This document shows positions 16,955 through 25,362 of a stretch of 55,655 nucleotides of DNA, one piece after another. The stretch lies in IMG/VR virus record IMGVR_UViG_3300014311_000014, positions 1 through 55,655 of that record; one strand, given 5' to 3'. Under the pieces are notes generated by a model that was given only the letters and a program-made list of their open reading frames with translations, had not been told where the DNA came from and searched no databases. Each line of letters starts with the position of its first letter. Positions within the stretch are counted from its first letter, which is position 1. A program made the position numbers and the translations under genes. This DNA is from a virus (lineage: Duplodnaviria; Caudoviricetes).

Positions 16955-19258
16955 ATGGACCTCCTCTTCTTTGACAGTGAGACGCACCGCATCGGCGCGG
17001 GCTCGATCGCGCCGCCCATGGTGTGCGGCATCTTCACCGTCCTGAACGACGAGGGCGACGGCTACGAGACGCGCGTGTTGGGCAACCATCCCGATGACGG
17101 CCTGGAGACCATGTTGGAGTGGATGCTCACCGACGACGAGGTGAAGGTCGTCACGCAGCGCGGCGGGTTCGACTACGCGGTGATCTGCAACACGTTCCCG
17201 CGCCTGATCCCGCTCGTGTACGCCAAGCTTATCGCAGGGCTCGCCACGGACACCATGTGGCGCGAGAAGCTGCTCAACCTCTCGACCACGGGGCGGCTCG
17301 ACAACATGGTCCTGCCGGACGGCTCCTCCAAGCGCATCAGCTACTCGATGGAGGCGATGGCGGGCCAGTACCTCGGGCTCGACCTGAGCGAGGACAAGGG
17401 CAACACCGAGGAGAGCTGGCGCGCGAACTACGGCACGCTCGACGGCTGGCGCGCCGCCGACTACCCCGAGGACGCTTACCGCTACGCGAAGGACGACGGC
17501 GAGCACACCGCCGACATCTACTTCGCGCAGGAGGAGCGGATGCGGAACTTCGCGTTCGCGTCCGTCGAGACCGAGGAGTTCCAGATCGTCAAGGACTTCG
17601 TGCTCTACATGATGAGCGCGTGGGGCATGGAGACCGACCCCGAGGCCACAGAGGCGATGTCCGCCAAGGTGGACGAGGTGATGGAGCAGACCAAGGACCT
17701 GCTCGAAGAGGCTGGCATCCTGCGCGGCGAGGGGCGCTTCGGCCCGCCGTACACGAAGGACATGGACCGGGCGCTCGACCTGATCCACCAGGAGTACGGT
17801 GCGGACTTCTACAACGCCTGGGACGAGCAAGGCGACGATTGGACCGAGGTGGGCCAGTTCCTCGCCGACAACGGCGTGAAGATGAAGAAGCCGAAGGGCA
17901 AGGTCGGCTCGATGAACCAAGCCGCGCTCCAGGCGCACCTCGCAGCGCTGTACAAGCGCCTCGGCGAGATCCCGCCGATGACGGACGGCGGCGAGAAGTC
18001 GGAGCCGCAGATCAAGTGCGACGCCGAGGTGCAGGAGTACCTTGCGCTCAAGGATCCGGTGATGGAGCAGTACCACCAGCGCATGTCGCTCGGGAAGCTC
18101 AAGAGCCAGATGATCCCTGTGCTCCAGAGCGGTCCCGTCGTCTACCCGAGCTACGATGCGATCAAGGAGACGGGTCGCACGTCGAGCTACGATGGCGGCA
18201 AGCGCAAAGAGAACGGCCAGGAGATCAGGCTCTATCCGAGCGTCAACATCCAGCAGATCCCGAACGAGATCAAGGGCCTCGACCCGCGCCGCTGCTTCCG
18301 CCCTCGCGCGGGCACGGTGTTCTTCGACGTGGACTTCACCGGCCTGGAACTGGCGTGCGTCGGCCATGTCACGGGCGAGCTGTTCGGCGAGTCGGTCCAC
18401 CGCGACCTGTACAACGCGGGCGTGGACTTGCACGGCTACCTGGGCGCGCAGCTCGCGCTCAAGTCCAACCCGCGAGCCACCAAGGAGAAGCCGTGGCTCC
18501 CGACCCTGGCGCGCGACTTCCAGACCGCCGTGCGCGAGGAGGGGATCATCAGCGCGCCGATGGGCGTGTACGAGGCGTTCAAGCTGCTCAAGTCGCACGA
18601 GGACAAGGACGTGCAGGAGTTCTTCGGACACTTCCGCTCGTTCGCGAAGCCGGTTGGCCTCGGGTTCCCGGGCGGTCTCGGCCCGGCTACGATGGTGGAG
18701 TTCGCGCGCAAGACCTACAAGGTCGAGATGACTGAGGAAGAGGCGTTCGAGTACCGCGAGTTCTGGCGCGCGACGTACCCCGAGATGCCGATGTTCTTCG
18801 ACTGGATCAGCGGGCAGACCGACCCGTACAACGGATCCAGCGACGGCAGCCTCTACCAGTACACGACGCCCATGGGGCTCGTGCGGCGCGGCGCGTCGTT
18901 CTGCGCTGCCGCCAACGGCATGTGCATGCAGTCGCCCGGTGCCGAGGCCGCCATGATGGGCGCAATCCTCGTGAGCCGCGCCTGCTACGACCCGACGCAG
19001 GGTTCGATCCTGTACGGGTGCCGACCGATCGCGTTCGTCCATGACCAGCTCATCGGCGAGACGACGAAGGACAGCTCACTGTGGGCTGCCCAATGTGAGG
19101 AGGTCGCACGACTCATGCGTGAGGGCGCGGAGATGGTGCTCACCTCGATCAAGATGCGAACCGACGAAGCGCTCCTAACCTCCGTGTGGACGAAGGCTGC
19201 CAAGCCGGTGCGTGACCCCGAAACCAACCAACTTCAAGTCTGGAGACCAGCAGCATGA
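16955..19258 (+). CDS. polA: Family A DNA polymerase with 3'-5' exonuclease domain
   Basis: Exo motifs FDSET, GFD and YAKDD; ETGRTSS, NIQQIP; motif A DVDFTGLEL; motif B RSFAKPVGLGFPGG; motif C FVHDQL. Confidence 0.93.
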   Translation: MDLLFFDSETHRIGAGSIAPPMVCGIFTVLNDEGDGYETRVLGNHPDDGLETMLEWMLTDDEVKVVTQRGGFDYAVICNTFPRLIPLVYAKLIAGLATDTMWREKLLNLSTTGRLDNMVLPDGSSKRISYSMEAMAGQYLGLDLSEDKGNTEESWRANYGTLDGWRAADYPEDAYRYAKDDGEHTADIYFAQEERMRNFAFASVETEEFQIVKDFVLYMMSAWGMETDPEATEAMSAKVDEVMEQTKDLLEEAGILRGEGRFGPPYTKDMDRALDLIHQEYGADFYNAWDEQGDDWTEVGQFLADNGVKMKKPKGKVGSMNQAALQAHLAALYKRLGEIPPMTDGGEKSEPQIKCDAEVQEYLALKDPVMEQYHQRMSLGKLKSQMIPVLQSGPVVYPSYDAIKETGRTSSYDGGKRKENGQEIRLYPSVNIQQIPNEIKGLDPRRCFRPRAGTVFFDVDFTGLELACVGHVTGELFGESVHRDLYNAGVDLHGYLGAQLALKSNPRATKEKPWLPTLARDFQTAVREEGIISAPMGVYEAFKLLKSHEDKDVQEFFGHFRSFAKPVGLGFPGGLGPATMVEFARKTYKVEMTEEEAFEYREFWRATYPEMPMFFDWISGQTDPYNGSSDGSLYQYTTPMGLVRRGASFCAAANGMCMQSPGAEAAMMGAILVSRACYDPTQGSILYGCRPIAFVHDQLIGETTKDSSLWAAQCEEVARLMREGAEMVLTSIKMRTDEALLTSVWTKAAKPVRDPETNQLQVWRPAA

Positions 19259-20190
19259 GCCCGGGAATCTCAGAGTTCGCGCACCTCGAAGAGGAAGGCG
19301 CGCAGCGCACCAAGGACACCAACCCCAAGGACGCCATCGGGGGCAACAAGCCGAGCTACTCGGCGGTGCCCGTCCCCGTCCTGTACGAGCTGGGCGCTGC
19401 GCTGTCCGAGGGCGCGCGCAAGTACGGCGGCTACAACTGGCGCGTCGCAGGCGTGCGCGCGAGCGTCTACATCAACGCCACGCGCCGCCACCTCGACTCG
19501 TGGTGGGAGGGCGAGGACATCGACCCCGACTCCGGGTTGTCCCACATCACCAAGGCAATCGCATCGCTGACCGTGCTGCGCGACGCCATGATCCAGGGCA
19601 TGCTCGTCAACGATGACCGCCCGCCACGCGCCGCCGAGTTCATGTCCGCCATGCAGGCGCGGATGGACGAGCTGGCCGAGCGCTACCCGCGCCCGCGCCC
19701 GCCGTACACCGAGCGCGAGGTCGCGCACATCCGCAACATGCCGGTCTCGATCGGCGCGGGGCAGGTGCTCGGCTACGACGTGGAGGTCATGCTGCCCGCG
19801 CCCGACGCCCCGGTCGGCTTCGTGTGGATGCGGCAGGGCTCGCGCCGCACGAACCTCGACCTCGCGCTGACGATCGCTCAGGCGCTCCGCGAGGGCGGCT
19901 ACGGCGAGCGCGTCATCCGCGTCATGGAGGCGGCCCACCGCGTCGAGGTGATGGCGGACCAGACCGAGTACGTCAACGGCGAGCTGCGCCGCCCTGTCGC
20001 CATGGTGTTCCCGGGCGACCCGAGCTTGACGGGGATGACCGAGGAGGAGGCGCAGGCCGACGCCGAGGCCGAGGAGGAGAGCCGGGCGCGGGCCGAGGCG
20101 CTGGCCGCGCCCGAGATGGAAATGGACCTGTTCCCGACCGAGCCCATCGCGCCGCTCGACCCGTTCGACCTGCCCGGGGAGGGGCGCTGA
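19255..20190 (+). CDS. dATP/dGTP diphosphohydrolase (DUF5664-type) with C-terminal extension
   Basis: NPKDAIG..K, GARKYGGYNWR and RHLDSWWEGEDIDPDSGLSH. Confidence 0.85.
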   Translation: MSPGISEFAHLEEEGAQRTKDTNPKDAIGGNKPSYSAVPVPVLYELGAALSEGARKYGGYNWRVAGVRASVYINATRRHLDSWWEGEDIDPDSGLSHITKAIASLTVLRDAMIQGMLVNDDRPPRAAEFMSAMQARMDELAERYPRPRPPYTEREVAHIRNMPVSIGAGQVLGYDVEVMLPAPDAPVGFVWMRQGSRRTNLDLALTIAQALREGGYGERVIRVMEAAHRVEVMADQTEYVNGELRRPVAMVFPGDPSLTGMTEEEAQADAEAEEESRARAEALAAPEMEMDLFPTEPIAPLDPFDLPGEGR

Positions 20191-20192
20191 CC

Positions 20193-20384
20193 ATGGCAAT
20201 CATCCTCCGTATCCCCGACCTCGGGCCGGACTCCCTGGTGCAGGCCGAGCGCGCCGTCCTGGTGCGCGCCCTGCGGCAGGCGGGCGGCCACGCCGAGACC
20301 GCTGCCGAGATCCTGGGCATCGGCGCGAGCACCATGTACCGCAAGGTCGTCGAGCACGGCATCTCCGAAGAGGAGCGCTACTGA
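20193..20384 (+). CDS. Stand-alone Fis/NtrC-type HTH protein
   Basis: SLVQAERAVLVRALRQAGGHAETAAEILGIGASTMYRKV matches the HTH_8 pattern. Confidence 0.85.
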   Translation: MAIILRIPDLGPDSLVQAERAVLVRALRQAGGHAETAAEILGIGASTMYRKVVEHGISEEERY

Positions 20385-20397
20385 TCCGGGATTCCGC

Positions 20398-20426
20398 TTG
20401 ACCGGCACCCGGACCCAGGATATGAT
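20398..20426 (+). promoter_or_regulatory. Sigma70-type middle promoter
   Basis: TTGACC-N17-TATGAT, preceded by ATTCCGC. Confidence 0.75.
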
Positions 20427-20523
20427 GCCCTGACCTGGAGGCACAGAGTTCGACACGGGGGAAGGCAGCACACACTGGCATCCTGCGCCCCCAAGAACTT
20501 CTCCTGGCTCCAGCATCCTGACC

Positions 20524-21060
20524 ATGAGCACGCACAAGTACACCATCGGCATCGACCCGGATACCAAGGACCTGTCCATCGCCCTGTGGGGCGACGGGCC
20601 GGTCACGGCCATGGTCGTCCACGCCACCGGCAAGGGCGAGCAGTCGCAGGTGCTCATGGCCCGGCGGCTGTGGAAGGCCCGGCCGGAAGCCTGGCCCATG
20701 GGAGTGGGCGTCGTAGCCATCGAAGGGCAGCAGGTGGACGGCCGCCGCGCCCGGCCGCGCGACCTCTTCACACTGGCCCACACGACCGGCGCAGCAATAG
20801 CTTGGGCAGCCCAGTGGTACGGCGCTGCGCGCATCGTCGTCCCGACCCCGTTCGAGTGGAAGGGCAGCGTCGCGAAACACGCGATGCAAGCTCGACTGTA
20901 CAAGGCGCTGGGATGGGGGTACACTATCGTCGGGTCGGGCAGCAACCGCTACGCCCGCCCCAACACACCACCCGCTGCCTTCAACCACATCTCGCGCGGC
21001 CAGTGGAAGCACGTCGGTGACGCGCTGCTGCTCGCCAAGTGGGGCTACGAAACCCGATGA
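20524..21060 (+). CDS. RuvC-like Holliday junction resolvase
   Basis: IGIDPD, VAIEGQ, PFEWKG..AK and HVGDALLLA. Confidence 0.8.
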   Translation: MSTHKYTIGIDPDTKDLSIALWGDGPVTAMVVHATGKGEQSQVLMARRLWKARPEAWPMGVGVVAIEGQQVDGRRARPRDLFTLAHTTGAAIAWAAQWYGAARIVVPTPFEWKGSVAKHAMQARLYKALGWGYTIVGSGSNRYARPNTPPAAFNHISRGQWKHVGDALLLAKWGYETR

Positions 21061-22367
21061 CCGACAAGAAGAAGAAGCCGTCCAAGCACGAAGCCCGAGG
21101 TGAGAAGCTCGCCGCCCTCGTCTCCGAGGCGAAGAACAAGCGGGCCGAGACGCGCCAGCTCCTCCGCGACCTGCGCGAGGACCCGACGCTCGCCGAGGAC
21201 ATCATGCACCTCCTCAAGGAGGACTTGGTGCGCGTGTCCGAGATCCCGCGCGAGATCCTCGGCCCGTCGTCGAGCCGCGACCGCTACCGCCAGCTCGGCC
21301 ACTACAGTACGACGCTGGTGGACTTCTGCTTCGGCACCTGGGCCGAGTTCCAGCGCAAGGCGGGGCTCGCCGAGACGCTGGCGACGCGCACCGTCAAGCG
21401 CAACATCTCGAAGACCAGCCGGGCGCAGGACTTGGCCCGGTACGCGGACAAGCACGTCCTCCCGTGGGGCGACGCCTACCGCAAGTTGCGCATCGGCACC
21501 AAACCGATCACGCTGGTCATCGGCTCCGACTTCCACTCGCACTTCTGCAACCCGTTCGCGCTGCGCGTCTGGCACGACGTGATCCGCGACTTGAAGCCGG
21601 ACGCGGTGCGCATCAACGGCGACCTCGTGGACTTCCCGCAGCTCTCGACGCACCGCCAGTTCCCGGGGCACTTCCCGATGACGGTGCAGGACGAGATCAA
21701 CTGGGCCGTGGAGAAGGTGCTGCGCCCGACGCGCAAGAATGCCGGGCCGAAGTGCGACATCCGATTCCTCATCGGGAACCACGACGTACGCCTCGTGACT
21801 GCGCTCGCCGACAAGGGGCCGATGTTCGCGTCGCTCGACAGCCTCGGCTTCGCGGAGCTGTTCAAGCTCGACGAGCTGGAGATCGGTCTCGTGTGCCGCT
21901 CGAACTTCCTGCACCTCTCCGCGCGCCAGCGGCAGGTGGACATCGCGCAGAACTGGGAGACGCTGGTGGGGCGCGACGGCGAGATGCTCTGGACGACCGT
22001 TCACGGCTTCCTCACCGGCAAGGACGCGCCGCGCAAGCACATGGCCCGGTTTATGACCAACGGCACGAACGGCCACCTGCACGACCGGCAGATGGTCAGC
22101 GCGGGCTCGTTCTCGACCGGGGTGATCGACTGGTATCAGACGCCGTGCATGGCGCACCCCGAGGCCGTCGCCGCCGGATACATCCAGGGGCCGGTCGAGT
22201 TCACCGGCTGGAGCTGCGGCTTCCTGGTGGTCACGATCGACCCGAGCACCGGGCACGTCGATGGCGAGTTCGTGAAGGTGGGCCGCGATGTCGCGACCTT
22301 CCGGGGCAAGCGCTGGACGATCTGCCAGCACGAGCGCGACACGATCTCCGAGATGCTCACCATCTGA
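21057..22367 (+). CDS. Calcineurin-like metallophosphoesterase with N-terminal helical domain
   Basis: SDFH, GDLVD, GNHD, VHG and GHLH motifs. Confidence 0.9.
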   Translation: MTDKKKKPSKHEARGEKLAALVSEAKNKRAETRQLLRDLREDPTLAEDIMHLLKEDLVRVSEIPREILGPSSSRDRYRQLGHYSTTLVDFCFGTWAEFQRKAGLAETLATRTVKRNISKTSRAQDLARYADKHVLPWGDAYRKLRIGTKPITLVIGSDFHSHFCNPFALRVWHDVIRDLKPDAVRINGDLVDFPQLSTHRQFPGHFPMTVQDEINWAVEKVLRPTRKNAGPKCDIRFLIGNHDVRLVTALADKGPMFASLDSLGFAELFKLDELEIGLVCRSNFLHLSARQRQVDIAQNWETLVGRDGEMLWTTVHGFLTGKDAPRKHMARFMTNGTNGHLHDRQMVSAGSFSTGVIDWYQTPCMAHPEAVAAGYIQGPVEFTGWSCGFLVVTIDPSTGHVDGEFVKVGRDVATFRGKRWTICQHERDTISEMLTI

Positions 22368-22558
22368 TGAAGGTCGAGCAGCGCATCACCGTCGAGGGCA
22401 CCAACGTGGTGCTGAGGCTCATCGAACACCCGAGCGGGCGAGAGCTTGCCCGGCGGGTCTGGGAGGGGGCGGGCAAGTACGTCCGCCCCACCTCTCCCAA
22501 AGGCACCATCACCATCGTCGCCCCTGCCCGTGAGGGGCTCGACATCAAGCCGAGCTGA
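22367..22558 (+). CDS. Hypothetical protein
   Basis: TGATG coupling; MKVEQRITVEG... Confidence 0.6.
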   Translation: MKVEQRITVEGTNVVLRLIEHPSGRELARRVWEGAGKYVRPTSPKGTITIVAPAREGLDIKPS

Positions 22559-22560
22559 CC

Positions 22561-22950
22561 ATGTGGCAAGACCTCGCGTTCGCGGCGGGCGGCTTCGTAT
22601 TCACCGCCTGTCTGGTCCCGATCCTGATGGACCCTCGTGCGGGCGTGCCGCGCCGTAGCAGCATCGTCACGTCGGCGTTCCTGGGGCTGTACACCGTCGC
22701 CTACGCCTCCCTTGGGATGTACGCCGCTGCCGCCATGGAGGGCGTGATGACGCTGGCCTGGGCGGCGGTTGCCGTGTGGCGGCCCGTGCGCTCGCGCGTG
22801 AGCGAGACGGCGCTGGACGAGGTCGCCGTGGACATGGCGATCACGGAGGCCGAGTACGAGCTGGTGCTGCGCTACCGCGAGGCGCTGGGACGCTCCAGCC
22901 TGCCGGTGGTACAGGACGGGTGCGGCAGCTGCCCGAGCGCTCAGAAGTGA
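22561..22950 (+). CDS. Three-TM membrane protein (PQ-loop/SemiSWEET-like topology)
   Basis: Three hydrophobic helices; Pro at the end of TM1. Confidence 0.6.
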   Translation: MWQDLAFAAGGFVFTACLVPILMDPRAGVPRRSSIVTSAFLGLYTVAYASLGMYAAAAMEGVMTLAWAAVAVWRPVRSRVSETALDEVAVDMAITEAEYELVLRYREALGRSSLPVVQDGCGSCPSAQK

Positions 22951-22953
22951 TGC

Positions 22954-23511
22954 CTAGAAGCCGAAGCCAAGGTCGGCGATCCGCGTCTCGGACTTCGTGC
23001 TCGGGTCCTTGTCGATGGCGTCGAGCAGCTCGCGCTCGAAGGTTCGCAGCACCACATCGTCGGCCCGCTTGGCCGCGCCCTGTTCGAGCTGCGTGAAGAA
23101 CGGGCGCGGGGCCGCAGGACCCACGGAGTCCACGACGTACATGAAGGGACGCCCGCCCCGCGCGGCGCGCTCGGCGTTGCGCCGCAGCCCCTCCTGGTAC
23201 TGTTCGCGCGTGAGGCGCTGCACCTCCGACTCCCGCACGGGACGACCGTTGCGCAGGCGCGGGTCGTCGCGCGGGTCGTCGAAGAACACCAGCTTGCGCG
23301 CGTTGACGGGGCGCACCGGGCCGCGCCCGTCGTGGTAATAGACCGCCCAGTAGTGTGGGATGAAGAGGTCCGCGCGCTCCTCCGACTCGTTGATGATGAG
23401 CCGGATGGCGGCCCGCAGGGTGCGCGAGCCTATGGACTTGCGCACCCTGCGAAGCTCGCGCTCGCCGATCTCCTGGAGCACTCGGCGGACAACCTTCTTC
23501 GGGTCGAGCAC
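22954..23511 (-). CDS. Putative virion morphogenesis (neck/tail completion) protein
   Basis: Basic; WAVYYHDGRG and PRPFF motifs; coupled to the portal gene. Confidence 0.6.
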   Translation of the reverse strand: MLDPKKVVRRVLQEIGERELRRVRKSIGSRTLRAAIRLIINESEERADLFIPHYWAVYYHDGRGPVRPVNARKLVFFDDPRDDPRLRNGRPVRESEVQRLTREQYQEGLRRNAERAARGGRPFMYVVDSVGPAAPRPFFTQLEQGAAKRADDVVLRTFERELLDAIDKDPSTKSETRIADLGFGF

Positions 23512-25055
23512 TACGGCCTCGGCGCGGCGGAAGGACGCTGACCAGCAGCGGGACGGGTCTGCTTCGGATCGCCGGGCTTGCGGTCACGCGCGCCGCCCAG
23601 CAGGCCGTCGGCGGGGTTGCGGCCCGACCCGGCCATCGGCTCCCGCATGGACGCCATGGTGTTCTGAGCGCCCAGCGTCATGCCGTCGAGGATGGTGGCG
23701 AAGCCGTTGCCCGGCTGGACGAACTGCGGCACGCCGTTGTCATCCATGGGCTTCGCGTTCTTCGCCGTCCACAGATCGGCCCCGAGCGCCTTCGAGCCGC
23801 CGGTCGGCTGCGCGAACTTCACACCATCGTCGCCGAGGGTGGCCGCGAACATGCGGGAGAAGTTCTTCTGCGCCTGCCCGAGCTTGCGCATCTGGAAGGT
23901 CAACATCGCGTTCGGCCCCTCGTTCGCCGCGCCGATCTTGCCGGGCAGCGCGATGTTGGCGAGCTGCGGCGGCATGCCGTGGGCGGTGGCGATGCGCATG
24001 TCGAGCGTGCCGGACTTCTCGGCGAAGCCGCTTTTCCCAGCGTCCTCCATCGCCAGCTTCTCGATCTGCACCTTGGTCTCTTCGGGGTTGCCGGGGATGT
24101 GGACCGCGCCGCCCTTGTGCGAGTTGCCGATGCCCTGGCTCGCCTTGAACAGCGACTTGATCTTGTCCCAGCAGGAGCCGATGTTCTTGCCGAGCAGGAA
24201 CAGCATGAACTCTGGGACGCCACGGTTGAAGTAGAAGTCGAACTCGTGCTGCGTCATACACTGGACCAGCTCGATTGACGGCACCGCGCTCATGTAGTCC
24301 GGGTAGCCGTAGTAGCGCGAGCGGTTCGACGCCTGCCGGATGTGGATGACCTCGCTGTTCGCGATCGCGCCACCGAGCGCACTCGCGCGGTCGCTCGGCT
24401 GGATCACGTCGTTCGCGGGCGTGTTGTCAATGCCCCCCAGCTCGGAGTCGCCGCCCTCGACAGCCCCTTCGTCGCTCTGGCCGAAGCGCTGGCGCAGGTC
24501 TTGAAGGTCGCCCCACTTGGCGAGCACGAGCGTCGCCGCGCCGTCCTCCTCGCCCTGCACGATGTAGTGGAACAGGTTGGCCGCGTCCTCTTCCTCGACC
24601 TCGACGTGGATCGCCGCCGACTCGATGTGGTAGAGGCCGGTGATCTCGTTGCGCGCGGGGCTGTCCCACACCACTTCGAGGAAGCACTCGCCGGTCTCGA
24701 AGTAGTCCTCGGCCAGCGCGTCGAGCGTGTCCTGCCACGAGAAGCGGCAGAGCGGGTCGAGCACGTCGTGGATCTCCTGCTCGCGGTGGCCGAGCCCCAC
24801 GGTCGAGGACTTCTTGGCGTCGATGCAGATGGCGTGCGTGGCGTTGAAGTCGCGCAGGTCGCGCGCCGTGAGCTTGTCGATCAGGTGGGCCTTCTTGCCC
24901 ACCGCGATGCCCTGGTTCGTCTGGCCGCGCTCGGCGTCGTCGGCGGCCAGCTTGGCCGCCTTCTTGAGCACGGTGAACAGCATCGAGCCATTCCCGTGGA
25001 TGTCCGTGGGGTCGGGCCGCCCCGAGCGGATCACCTCGTAGTTCGTGTCGGTCAT
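23511..25055 (-). CDS. Portal protein (PBSX/P2-Q-like)
   Basis: HAICIDAK..TVGLG, DYFETGECFLEV, EVIHIR..YYGYPDY, YFNRGVP, IATAHGMPPQL. Confidence 0.88.
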   Translation of the reverse strand: MTDTNYEVIRSGRPDPTDIHGNGSMLFTVLKKAAKLAADDAERGQTNQGIAVGKKAHLIDKLTARDLRDFNATHAICIDAKKSSTVGLGHREQEIHDVLDPLCRFSWQDTLDALAEDYFETGECFLEVVWDSPARNEITGLYHIESAAIHVEVEEEDAANLFHYIVQGEEDGAATLVLAKWGDLQDLRQRFGQSDEGAVEGGDSELGGIDNTPANDVIQPSDRASALGGAIANSEVIHIRQASNRSRYYGYPDYMSAVPSIELVQCMTQHEFDFYFNRGVPEFMLFLLGKNIGSCWDKIKSLFKASQGIGNSHKGGAVHIPGNPEETKVQIEKLAMEDAGKSGFAEKSGTLDMRIATAHGMPPQLANIALPGKIGAANEGPNAMLTFQMRKLGQAQKNFSRMFAATLGDDGVKFAQPTGGSKALGADLWTAKNAKPMDDNGVPQFVQPGNGFATILDGMTLGAQNTMASMREPMAGSGRNPADGLLGGARDRKPGDPKQTRPAAGQRPSAAPRP

Positions 25056-25141
25056 GGGTCCCTCGTCAGGGTGGTGCAGGTGAGCGCCCCAGCGTCCCGG
25101 GGATAGCTCTATCCCTGCCGGTAGAAAATCGCGATTTCTCC

Positions 25142-25170
25142 TTGACACAGCCCTCTGGGCGTGCTAAGGT
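25142..25170 (+). promoter_or_regulatory. Late promoter for the head/tail operon
   Basis: TTGACA-N13-GTGC-TAAGGT. Confidence 0.65.
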
Positions 25171-25178
25171 GCCGTTGA

Positions 25179-25215
25179 CTGCCAGATCGGCAGGCCACGC
25201 CTGCCAACTTGGCAG
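25179..25215. promoter_or_regulatory. Paired palindromic operator-like sites
   Basis: CTGCCAGATCGGCAG (25179-25193) and CTGCCAACTTGGCAG (25201-25215). Confidence 0.65.
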
Positions 25216-25223
25216 ATGCACGA

Positions 25224-25252
25224 ACGGTAGCACATCCTAGTGCCGTCTGCAA
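25224..25252 (-). promoter_or_regulatory. Late promoter for the portal operon
   Basis: Minus strand TTGCAG-N13-GTGC-TACCGT. Confidence 0.55.
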
Positions 25253-25362
25253 GCAGAATCCTGGTTTTGTTCGTCCACCGCCTCACCTCTGCCCCCGGCT
25301 CGACGCAGGCCGCGCACCGCACCCCGGTGCGCGGCCAGCTCGCCGTCTGCTAGGAGACCACC

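Noticed and set aside
16955-20190. 2-aminoadenine (Z) genome system
   Set aside because: No PurZ/adenylosuccinate-synthetase-like ORF is visible.
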